From Macrostomum lignano (taxonomy: Eukaryota), in the NCBI GenBank assembly GCA_002269645.1, contig NIVC01001350.1, positions 1-64,000 on the forward strand: a stretch of DNA of 64,000 nt, given 5' to 3'. Positions 1 to 10,974 of the stretch are shown piece after piece. The translations under genes and the position numbers were made by a program. Position 1 is the stretch's first letter; each line of letters opens with the position of its first letter. The notes under the pieces are model-generated. The model saw only the letters and a program-made list of their open reading frames with translations. It was not told the origin of the DNA and did not search any database.

Positions 1-1220
1 ATGTCACAAACCAGAAATATCACAAACCCGAAATATTACAAACCCGAAATTTATTACAAACCAGAAATATCACAAACCCGAAATATCACAAACCCGAAAT
101 ATCACAAACCCGAAATATCACAAACCAGAAATATCCATAAAACCCGAAATATCACAAACCAGAAATATCACAAAACCCGAAATATCACAAACAAAAAATA
201 TCACAAACCAGAAATATCACAGACCCGAAATAACATAACCCGAAATATCACAAACCCAAAATATACAGACCCGAAATATCACAAACAAGAAATATCACAA
301 ACCCAAAATATCACAGACCCGAAATATCACAAACCCGAGATATCACAAAACCTGAAATATCACGAACCCGAAATATCATAAACCCGAAGTATTACAAACC
401 CGAAATATCACAAACCAGAAATATCACAGACCCGAAATAACATAAACAAAAAATAACACAAACCAGAAATATCACAAACCCAAAATATAACAGACCGAAA
501 TATCACAAACCCGAAATATCACAAACCCGAAATATCACAAACCCGAGATATCACAAACCTGAAATATCACGAACCCGAAATAACATAAACAAAAAATATC
601 ACAAACCAGAAATATCACAAACCCAAAATATAACAGACCCGAAATATCACAAACAAGAAATATCACAAACCCAAAATATCACAGACCCGAAATATCACAA
701 ACCCGAAATATCACAAACCCGAAATATCACAAACCCGAAATATCACAAACCCGAAATATCACGAACCCGAAATATCATAAACCCGAAATATCACAAACCC
801 GAAAATATCATAAACCCGAAATATCACAAACCAGAAAATATCACAAAACCTGAAATATCACAAACAAAAAAATATCACAGACCCGAAATAAATGAACCCG
901 AAATATCACTAACCTAAAATATAACAGACCGAAATATCACAAACCCGAAATATCACAAACCCGAAATAACATGAACCCGAAATATCACAAACCTAAAATA
1001 TAACAGACCCGAAATATCACAAACCCGAAATATCACAAACCCGAAATATCATAAACCCGAAATATCACAAACCAGAAATATCACAAAACCCGAAATATCA
1101 CAAAACCGAAATATCACAAACCCGAAATATCATAAACCCGAAATATCACAAACCAGAAACATCACAAACCCGAAATATCACAATCCAGAAATATCACAAA
1201 ACCAGAAATATAACAAACCC
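1..1220. repeat. Minisatellite, ~16-bp unit GAAATATCACAAACCC; runs off the left edge
   Basis: Direct tandem repetition; the ORF at 1-381 is only its translation. Confidence 0.95.
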
Positions 1221-1345
1221 GATTCGATTCTCGGAACAATTTCTGTCCTTGAGCAAGAAGAAACTTAGCTCTGCATTGCTTCAGTTCACCCAGCTGTAAA
1301 ATGGGTTCTGGGATAATTGAAGGTGTTTGGCGGCCCCCCCCCTTC
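1221..1345 (+). mobile_element. 5'-truncated tRNA-derived SINE copy (same family as 40825-41075)
   Basis: GATTCGATTC (B-box remnant), then GTCCTTGAGCAAGAAGAAACTTAGCTCTGCATTGCTTCAGTTCACCCAGCTGTAAAATGGG..CTGGGATAATTGA..GGCGGCCCCCC; colinear with the reverse complement of ~40890-41020. Confidence 0.75.
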
Positions 1346-2174
1346 GAGCTTATGATGAAAAAATTGCCTTTCGGAGTTGTAGTTTATCCGCTAAACTTTG
1401 TCCAATCTTTTTCAAGTACAAAGTGTCCTTATTGTCGTATATAATTTTCTCAATATTGTACTTTGAATAGCGTCTGCTTGTAATAATAAGTTCAAATTAA
1501 CTGAGAATTTTCTTCAGTCTATTACCAGACTGCAAACTAGTTATAAGAAAACTGGTTGGTCTGGGGCTTGATACATTTGTAATAACAGAACCAAAAAGTT
1601 ATCAGTGGATTTCGCCAATTGGACAGCTCCATAGCTACTTGCGTGGCTGCGAGGTCAGAGTTGTTTGCGGCAGAATTAATGAACCGGCTGAAATCGAACC
1701 AACCGGTTTCAACTGGTTTTGTTTTTTGTTTGCTCGCCGTGTTTAACTAGCAGTTTAGAACGCTGTGTGCGCCTTTCTATTGGGTCCTAGATAAGTTGGG
1801 CAAGCGAAACCGGCTGGCCGGGTCACGTGATCTCGGCTAGCTGCCCTGCCTGTTACCGCACGCACTGGAGTGGCCACACCCCCTTCTTAGCGAGAGATAT
1901 TGTAAATAAGATAGAGAGCCAGTAATCTAGCTCGTAGTTTGGTGCTGGAATTCTTATACGAATTTTAGAATCTTAGTCATTATTTTATTCTTAAAAGTCT
2001 TAAAGTCTTATTAAATATAGGTCTAACTACGAGCGTAATTTATTGCTTATTGAGATTTTTGGTTTCTGGAGAAGCATTTTGTAACGTGTCTCGGTAATAA
2101 CTCCCTAATCCTTAGTGTTTAAGTCCTAACTCCCAACTCCTAAATCCTTATCGCAAAATTTCAAACCCCAGACC

Positions 2175-2810
2175 CACCAAAACTAGAATCCCAACTCCCA
2201 AAACTAGAAATCCCAAACTCCCAGAACTAGAAATCCCAAACTCCAGAACTAGAAATCCCAAACTCCCAGAACTAGAAATCCTAAACTCCCAGAACTAGAA
2301 ATCCCAACACACATAACTAGAAATCCCAACTCCTAGAACTACAAATCCCAACTCCCAGAACTAGAAATCCCAAACTCCCATAACTAGAAATCCCCAACTC
2401 CCAGAACTAGAAATCCCAACTCCCAGAACTAGAAATCCCAACTCCCTGAACTAGAAGTCCCAACTCCCAGAACTAGAAATCCCAACTCCCAGAACTAGAA
2501 ATCCCAGCCTCCTAGAACTAGAAGTCCCAACTCCCAGAACTAGAAATCCCAACTCCCAGAACTAGAAATCCCAACTCCCAGAACTAGAAATCCCAACTCC
2601 CATAACTAGAAATCCCAAACTCCTAGAACTAGAAATCCCAACTCCCAGAACTAGAAATCCCAACTCCCAGAACTAGAAATCCCAAACTCCCAGAACTAGA
2701 AATCCCAACTCCCAGAACTAGAAATCCCAACTCCCAGAACTAGAAATCCCAACTCCCAGAACTAGTAATCCCAACTCCCAGAACTAGAAATCCCAACTTC
2801 AGGACTAAAA
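2175..2810. repeat. Minisatellite, 22-bp unit CTAGAAATCCCAACTCCCAGAA
   Basis: Direct tandem repetition upstream of the first visible ALDH1L exon. Confidence 0.95.
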
Positions 2811-2923
2811 ATCATGGCAACACATGGCTAGAAATCCCATTGATAAAAATGCCACCACTTCCTGTCGAGTATAAGTGAAATCCCACATCTCCAGTAGCGC
2901 CTGCTCCCCATCAAATTCGGCAG

Positions 2924-5900
2924 GGCGAGGCCGTGGACCAGATCGCGGCCGGCTCGGCCCCCAAGCTCGTGCAGCCAGCCGAGGGCGCCACCTACGACCC
3001 CAAGATGACAGCGGAGCTGGCGAAAATCGACTGGGCCACCACCGGAGCCACCGCCGTCCAGCTGCACAACTTCATCCGCGGCTGCGACCGAGTGCCCGGA
3101 GCCTGGGCCCTGGTGAATGGCGAGCGGGTCAGCCTGTTCGGCAGCCGCCTGGTCCCCGCCGGCCAGCTGCCCACCGCCGCTGCGCCCAACCCCGGCCAGG
3201 ATCTGCTGATTGAAGGCTACGCCGACGGTGGCCGCAAGCCGCCGCTGACGCACGCGGACGGCCTGCTGCTGTTCGGCCTCGATGGCAACTGCGTCAGCGT
3301 GGCGACAGCCCGACTGGAAGCGTCCGGCAAGACTGTACCGGCCAAGCAGCTGGGGCTGTCGCCCGACCAGGTGGGCGGTGGATGTCGATTTCAGTACACA
3401 CTACAATCCAATATCTCGTACTTATTAGTCAATCTAAATTTAAATCCGCTGTCTCGTCCCCGGCCAATGTACATTTGAACTTGAAATCTCGTCCCCGACC
3501 AATGTACATTTGAACTTGAAATCTCGTCCCTAGCCAATGTACATTTGAACTTGAAATCTCGTTCCCAGCCAATGTACATTTGAACTTGAAATCTCGTCCC
3601 CGACCAATGTACATTTGAACTTGAAATCTCGTCCCTAGCCAATGTACATTTGAACTTGAAATCTCGTTCCCAGCCAATGTACAATTGAACTTGAAATCTC
3701 GTTCCCAGCCAATGTACATTTGAACTTGAAATCTCGTTCCCAGCCAATGTACATTTGAACTTGAAATCTCGTCCCCGACCAATGTACACGAGCCTGAAAT
3801 TGCCTTTAAACCCACAGGCCGCGGCCGGAGTGTCCAACTTGACTGACGCGGAGTCGGCGATGAAGCCGGAGCTGCAGCGCATCTGGCGAGGCATCCTGGC
3901 CAGGGAGGGCGACTTGCCCGACGATCTGGACTTTTTCAAAGCTGGCGCCGGCTCCATGGACGTCACTCGTCTGGTTGAAGAGATAAAAAATTCGATTCAA
4001 GTGTCGCTTAGCAACGAGGAGGTTTACATGGCAACCACGCTGGGTGAGCTGTTTGCGCTGATTGTTCAACGCAGCCGGGCCGGAGCCGACGGTGCCGGCA
4101 GCTTCCAGTACGACGCGGTGCGCCTGCAGGCCAACGGCATGGAGGTGGCCTTCCCGCGCCAGGCCTTCATCAACAACCGATTCGTGGATGCGGCCAGCAG
4201 CAAGACCAGCCCCACTGTTAACCCGTTCACCGAGGAGGTGAGCGCTGCAGCCTCCCAGATCCTCAGGCTGTACCCAGGACAACCTTCCAGACCCTCAGGC
4301 TGTACCCACCAACCTCCCAGACCCTCAGGCTGTACCCACCAGCCTCCCAGACCCTCAGGCTGTACCCACCAGCCTCACAGACCTTCGAGTGAACACCTTG
4401 AAGCAGCAAAGCCATATAGCATCATCCCACTCTGCCAACAGGTGATCTGCGAAGTCGCCTTCTGCGGCAAGGCCGACGTTGACGCCGCCGTGGCCGCCGC
4501 CTCTGCGGCCTTCCACTCCGGCGAGTGGGCCGCATGAACGCGCGCGACCGCGGCCGTCTGATGTTCCGCCTGGCCGACCTGATGGAAGCCCACAAGGAGG
4601 AGCTGGCCACCATCGAGAGCCTGGACTCCGGCGCGGTGTACACCCTGGCTTTGAAGACTCACATCGGCATGTCGATCGATTCGTTCCGCTACTTCGCCGG
4701 CTGGTGCGATAAAATACACGGCCAGACAATCCCGATTAACCACGCCAGGCCAAACCGCAATCTGACCCTCACCATCCGGGAGCCCATCGGGGTGTGCGGC
4801 ATCGTCACGCCCTGGAATTACCCGCTGATGATGCTGGCCTGGAAAATGTCCGCCTGTCTGGCTGCCGGCAACACTGTGGTAAGATTTTTTATCATAGCTC
4901 GTATCTAGTTTATTTTTTGACTGGTCGACACTACTTAAAGTAGGCAAGTCGAGAATATGTGTGTTGTTTTTTGTGTCACCGCGTCAAAAATTCACTGTTT
5001 TTGTTTGCAGATTCTCAAACCGGCTCAGGTGACCCCGCTGACCTCTTTGAAGTTCTGCGAGCTGGTCGCCCGGGCCGGTTTCCCACCCGGCGTGGTGAAC
5101 GTCCTGCCCGGCCCCGGCGCCGCGGTTGGCCAGTCGATTGCCGAGCACCCGGAGGTGCGCAAGCTGGGCTTCACGGGTTCAACTCCGGTCGGCCGCACCA
5201 TTATGGCTGCCTGCAGCGCCAACGTGAAAAAGTGCAGCCTGGAGCTGGGCGGCAAGAGTCCCCTGATTGTCTTTGCGGACTGCGAGTTTGCCAAAGCAGT
5301 CAAAATGGCCTGCAACGGGGTGTTCTTTAATAAGGGCGAGAATTGCATTGCGGCCGGCCGCCTGTTTGTGGAGGCGTCAATTCACGACCGCTTTGTGGAG
5401 GCCGTCAAGGTTGAGGTGGGTTTGGACTGACCAGAACTGCCTGCTTTGCTGGGCCGGAATAGAAGCTGGTGGGCAGGCTTGGGTGGGGGTACAAGAGACA
5501 AAGAGAAGAGGAAAGCTACAGGGTGAGAAGAGGGTGACTACAGATGGTGAGGAGGGTAGCTATAGAGGGAGAAAAGAGTAGCTATAGAGGGAGAAGAGGG
5601 TCACTACAGAGGGGGAAGAGGGTCACTACAGAGATACAAGAGGGTTAGCTACAGAGGGGAAAGAGGGTAGCTACAGAGGGGGAAGAGGGTCACTACAGAG
5701 GGGGAAGAGGGTTACTACAGAGGGGAAAGAGGGTCACTACAGAGGGGGGAGAGGGTTACTACAGAGGGGGAAGAGGGTCACTACAGAGGGGAAGAGGGGG
5801 AAGAGGGTCACTACAGAGGGGGAAGAGGGTAGCTACAGAGGGGGAAGAGGGTCACTACAGAGGGGGAAGAGGGTTACTACAGAAGGCTTGCACGAAGAAG

Positions 5901-6880
5901 TAGATTAGGATTGAAATTGTTCCAGTTAAAGGAAATATGAGAGTCACGTGACGATGGCGAACCCCGGCCTGATTGCTCCCGTCAGATCGCGAAGATGCGC
6001 ATCGGCGATCCTTTGGACCGGGCCACCGACCACGGGCCGCAAAACCACCGGGCGCACCTGGACAAGCTGCTGGAGTACTGCCAGCGCGGCGTCTCCGAAG
6101 GCGCCAAGCTGGTCTGCGGCGGCCGCCGGGTGGCCGGCCTGCGCGGCTTCTTCATGGAGCCGACGCTGTTCACCGGGGTGCAGGACCACATGCACATCGC
6201 CCAGGAGGAGAGCTTCGGGCCCGTGATGATCATCTCCGACTTTCCCGACGGCGATATAGACGGAGTGCTGAGCCGCGCCAACGCCACGGAGTACGGCTTG
6301 GCCTCCGGCGTGTTCACCCGCGACATCTACAAGGCGCTGCGCGTCTCCGAGCGGATCCACGCCGGCACCGTGTTCGTGAACACCTACAATAAAACTGACG
6401 TGGCCGCGCCCTTCGGCGGATTCAAGCAGTCCGGCTTCGGCAAGGATCTCGGTTAGTCTTGACAGTTCACTATAGTACATATCGGTGGGGTCATTTGAGG
6501 TCACGGCTCTTGTCATTCATGTCGGCGGAGTGACTTCAGGTCACGGCTCTCTGGTACAGTCATTTAAGGATTGCTGTTATGGTCACCTACTTTGAGTGCG
6601 TTTTGACAGTTCACTATAGACGTATTGATGGGGTCATTTGAGGTCACGGTTCTCTAAGTTCATTTAAGGATACGTCGATACGATGCAGCGTATCGGATGT
6701 TTTCACAGCTACGTTTGTGGAGTCACGTCAGGACACGGCTCTCTGGAGGGTCATTTAAGGACACGTTTAGATTTCTTTAGGGACATTGTTAGGGACTACA
6801 ATGCACAATTAATCGATATTTCAGGCGAGGAGGCACTCAACGAGTACCTGAAGACAAAGACGGTCACTATGGAGTTTTGA
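2924..6880 (+). CDS. ALDH1L: 10-formyltetrahydrofolate dehydrogenase (ALDH1L1/L2 family), 3' part; 5' exons lie outside the window; 1-nt frameshift at ~4528
   Basis: Exons 2924-3370, 3818-4237, 4442-4878, 5011-5415, 5986-6451 and 6825-6880, all GT-AG and phase-compatible. Motifs: [25 protein letters not shown] (formyltransferase C-terminal part), [20 protein letters not shown] (carrier domain with phosphopantetheine Ser), [25 protein letters not shown] (catalytic Cys) and [29 protein letters not shown]. Confidence 0.95.
3466..3790. repeat. Intronic minisatellite, 35-bp unit AATGTACATTTGAACTTGAAATCTCGTCCCCGACC, ~9 copies
   Basis: Tandem copies inside ALDH1L intron 3371-3817. Confidence 0.95.
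4250..4383. repeat. Intronic 30-bp repeat ACCCTCAGGCTGTACCCACCAACCTCCCAG, ~4 copies
   Basis: Inside ALDH1L intron 4238-4441. Confidence 0.9.
5500..5885. repeat. Intronic purine-rich minisatellite, ~22-23-bp unit GAAGAGGGTCACTACAGAGGGG
   Basis: Inside ALDH1L intron 5416-5985. Confidence 0.9.
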
Positions 6881-8199
6881 GCTATCCGCTGTCAGAACTG
6901 GTTCCACCAACTCAAACTCTCAAATGTTTTTGTCTTAATCTTGGTTTTGCTCTGCTAAACATTTTCTTCCCTTGTTGGTTTGCATGATGTGTATCATTTT
7001 TCGCCAATTTCATAAATACGGTTTGCCCCCGAGTTTAAGTCCTCGTGTCCATAGGTTTCGAAGTTGGTTTTTTACGCTTGAGTTATTTTTTCCTTTTTAT
7101 TGTTTAAGTAGTCGGTTTCGGCAGTTAGCCATCGTGTGTCCCAATCATACCACTGTTAGTAGCTTGATCGGCAAAGTTCTTGAATATCGCCTTTATATTG
7201 TTTTACTGCAATATTAACAATAGCTACACCATTGCAAGTCATGCATCACGAACCCAAAACGCATCTTCAATAATGCCGCATTATGACGCTCTCGTCCATT
7301 GGTTGCTAGGCTGAATTACATCACTAAAACTGGCTGAATCATGCTCGAATGAATAAAAATTTCAATACGGACTTGATAAATAATCGAAAATTCAGGATGA
7401 ATCATTTTTGCTAATCACATAAATTTTTGTTTCTAAGAATTTATATTCATTTGCACATAGTCCTACTAGCGTGGATCTTTTAGTAGCATAGTTTGTATGT
7501 GAACCGAATAAATATAGTTTAGCAAAATTTAGCTAGAGAGCTAATAGTTTAACCGCAGTGTAACTTTTCTTAGAATTTCCGGCTTTTCAGCCTTGTTTCT
7601 AAGAAACGCTCTTAGATCGCCCCGGATTACTCCATTAGCGGCTGCAGTCCGCATTCGTTAGTAAACAGGGCTAAGCAAGCTGGCTGAGTGGAAAATTTCA
7701 CTTTTCACTTTAAACAGGAAGTTTACAAACTAAGGCGCTTTGAACGCTTCGTCTGATAAACTGCTGGTTCGGCTGCCTATTAATGGCCATTCTTAAGCCT
7801 CTGCAGTTTTAACTGGCAATTTATCAGAGTCGCGGGGGCGGTGGCTGGCCTGTCAAAGGTCAATAATTGCTGTAGCAGTGACCACAGTATGCATTGCATA
7901 AATATCTTTTTTCTAGCTCGTGTGGGCGTAAGGGCTGAACTTTCGCGAGTTTGACACCTGCTTCTTTGCATTTGCTTTTGCAATTTGCTTGCATCTCGAT
8001 TGCTGCATTTATTAACTATTCAGCCGTTTACATTCCAACTTCCCCATCTAAATAGCGCTTCAATATATCACTGCCTAATGAGGAACCTGGGGCAGACATT
8101 TCGAGGTTTGAATCCCTTTACACTGGGTAGCTTATTCTAAATTTTGTGCTTGGATAGTTTTGCTTGTAAAGTTCTTTCGCTTCTGCATTAAAGTTCTAG

Positions 8200-8727
8200 G
8201 TGTCAGGGATGTTTACATTTTCGGGATGGTTAGGTTGTCGGGATGTTTAGGTTGTCGGGATGTTTACTGTGTCGGGATGTTTACTGTGTCGGGATGTTTA
8301 CTGGGTCGGGATGTTTAGGGTGTCGGGATGTTTAGGTGTCGGGATGTTTACTGGGTCGGGATGTTTACTGGGTCGGGATGTTTAGGTGTCGGGATGTTTA
8401 GGGTGTCGGGATGTTTAGGTGTCGGGATGTTTACTGTGTCGGGATGTTTAGAGTGTCGGGATGTTTAGAGTGTCGGGATATACAGTTTGATGTTTAGGTG
8501 TCGGGATGTTTACTGTGTCGGGATGTTTAGGTGTCGGGATGTTTACTGTGTCGGGATGTTTAGGTGTCGGGATGTTTACTGTGTCGGGATGTTTAGGTGT
8601 CGGGATGTTTACTGTGTCGGGATGTTTAGGTGTCGGGATGTTTACTGTGTCGGGATGTTTACTGTGTCGGGATGTTTAGAGTGTCGGGATGTTTAGAGTG
8701 TCGGGATATACAGTTTGATGTTTAGGT
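8200..8727. repeat. Minisatellite with 16/17-bp units TGTCGGGATGTTTAGG / TGTCGGGATGTTTACTG
   Basis: Direct tandem repetition. Confidence 0.95.
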
Positions 8728-9404
8728 GTTGTGACGGGCAGTTCTAAGGTTTAGGTGTCTTGTGAAGTTGGTCCTGTTACGCACCGTTAAATCAGACGTG
8801 CAGCTCCGAACAGAATGGCAATTATGTCCCCATCTGCTGCGGGATACTGGCTGGAGCATGAGTCGCCCTCTCCCCTGCCTACGTGTTTCAGGCACCCCAC
8901 CCACGCATTGATGCAGATTCTGACGGGAGACTGCAGCGCTCACCCGCCGCCGCCACTCTAAACACAGATTTCTCGCTTTTCCGTGCGAAAGAGCACGGCA
9001 GCGCCTGAGCCAGTCCAGCATGCTGCGCTGGGGGTTGGGGGCTTCTCCAGTCTATGATGGCGAGCCCGTGAGAGGCGTTTCTCAAGTCTGGAATTCGAAC
9101 TCTAGCTGCACATAAGAGCAGCGGGTGGGGTGGGAGGGAGTCAAATGTGTGCCGCTACTTGTACTCCAGTTTCGTGGTTTTCTGTGGGTTCTGTAGCGGG
9201 TTCTGTAGGTCTGTCGGTTTCCCTAAACAGCTGCTCGTGGAGCGGATGTGCTCAGAAGCGTGATTCGGCAGTAGTTCGAAATTTGCTGGTTTTATAAGCT
9301 GATTCCATGAAATATTACGCCAAAAAATATGAAGCGAGCTATCCGTCTACATTTATGTTGTCTAACTGAAACCACTCAACACCTTTGAGTCAAACTCAAA
9401 AACT

Positions 9405-9552
9405 CAATGTCACTGCAGGCAAATATCACTGCAGGCAAATGTCACTGCAGACAGATGTCACTGCAGGCCAATGTCACTGCAGGCCAATGTCACTGCAGGC
9501 AAATGTCACAGTGGAGTGGGTGAACTGCAGGCCAATGTCACTGCAGGCAATT
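9405..9552. repeat. Short array, 16-bp unit AATGTCACTGCAGGCA
   Basis: About 8 tandem copies. Confidence 0.9.
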
Positions 9553-10692
9553 GTGAGCAGGTACTCGTAATTGTCGTTGAACCTGATTCGACTGTCTACT
9601 TTTTTCCGAAGCTGGTTAACAATAGAACATACCAAAGCGGGGATACTATTACCCACCTGACAACTGTCACGAACACGAGGCTAACTTTTTTTGCGCACCT
9701 TCTCAAACAGGAATCAAGTCCCCAGCCCTCCGGACCGTCGAGATATTCAACGATTCTGCCAGAAGGTTGGATTTTCCTATAAGCGCTATAGTGTATTCAG
9801 TACACTCCTGTGCGCCAATCAGCACAGCGCCTCAGTGCCGCCTTGCAAAGCCTTCTAATTTCATCAGCACGTCGACCGGATGTGTCTGCATCAGCTCTGA
9901 CTTCGTTGGTCACTGGCCTGCATCCAGGCGGAGCTTCTGAACCTTCAACAGGTGGCATCAGGTGACTATATGGACACCCTGACACCTCAACCCTAACCCT
10001 AATCTAAATCGTGGGCAGTCAAATGTACATGTAGGGCTTCCAGCTGGTGGACACCGAATCATACTGCCGACAGGCGATGCAGGAGATGCTGCATGCTGCT
10101 GACACTGGCGTGTGCCCAATACCGCCCTGCGAGGACAGGCCTGCTGTGACGCCACCCAAGACCTGTGACGATCCGACAGGCTTTCCGCATTGTAGCGAAA
10201 TTCAAGCTGAAATTTGGCCCATGCAGCAGCGTCTTTCTGTTCGTGCGCCTGCATGCAGTCCTGCTGCTTGCTTTTACAGAGTTCACCCACTGCAACCAGC
10301 CATCATTTCTCATGCAGTTTCGGCCTGAAACCAGACAACCCTGCAGAGCTATAGATCTGATCCTGCTTTTGAGCGAAAGCAGACCAACAATGCCAGTTTG
10401 GAGTGTGCAAGTTTAAAAATGCTCTGCAGGCTGGCTTCAAATCTGGTTTGCTGTGATGAGGCGCAAACTGCGCCAAAAAAGGTACTCGGATAAAGCAAGG
10501 AGAGTCTTGTGTAGCGAAGCTCTGGTGCACGGATTTAGAAAGCTGATATCCGTAATTTGTGCAAATGAAAATGCACCAGCGCAGAAGCAGCAGTAGCCGG
10601 TAGCAAAAATCCCTTTTTCAATTTCTTAGAACTAAATAACAAATAAACCCCGTTTTGTGGGACACTGCTTGCACAGCCCCGTGCACGTGGGT

Positions 10693-10974
10693 AGGGGGGG
10701 GGGGGACGTGTCCCCATCCCCTCAGTAAAAGCTATGGTGGGACATCATGGCTCATGCCAATGCTTTGCCCCCCCACCCACCCAACCTTGTGATGGAAATC
10801 AATCATTTTGCTTCAGGGCGACAAAATATAGCGCCTGTGGTGCCAAAATGAGTGCCCGCGACGCCAAATGAGCGCAGACAACAATGATAATGAAATAATA
10901 AAAATAATGTACAACTGTACATGTAGAATTCTTGGCTTGTCCTCCCCCACCAAAACATCCATGGAGAGGCCCCT
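10693..10974. mobile_element. Possible ~280-bp non-autonomous DNA element
   Basis: Identical 8-mers ACGTGGGT at 10685-10692 and 10975-10982 flank ends AGGGG...CCCCT; the inverted repeat is only 5 bp, so support is weak. Confidence 0.35.

Noticed and set aside
5943-5952. Perfect GTCACGTGAC CLEAR/E-box palindrome, with similar TCACGTG sites near 1822, 31068, 52720 and 62037
   Set aside because: Single short motifs without positional support; this one lies in an intron next to an acceptor
2828-6516. Minus-strand and alternative-frame ORFs overlapping ALDH1L, and likewise over NR2C, the GPCR, the protocadherin and the formin
   Set aside because: Shadow ORFs of GC-rich coding exons
7835-7995. 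Short minus-strand frame MQANCKSKCKEAG...LCNAYCGHCYSNY with clustered Cys
   Set aside because: Only 44 codons, no convincing acceptor, and the pattern does not match a known zinc finger
9988-10005. CCCTAACCCTAA telomere-like motif (GGTTAGGGTTAGG also near 16105)
   Set aside because: Only two units each; too short to call interstitial telomeric sequence
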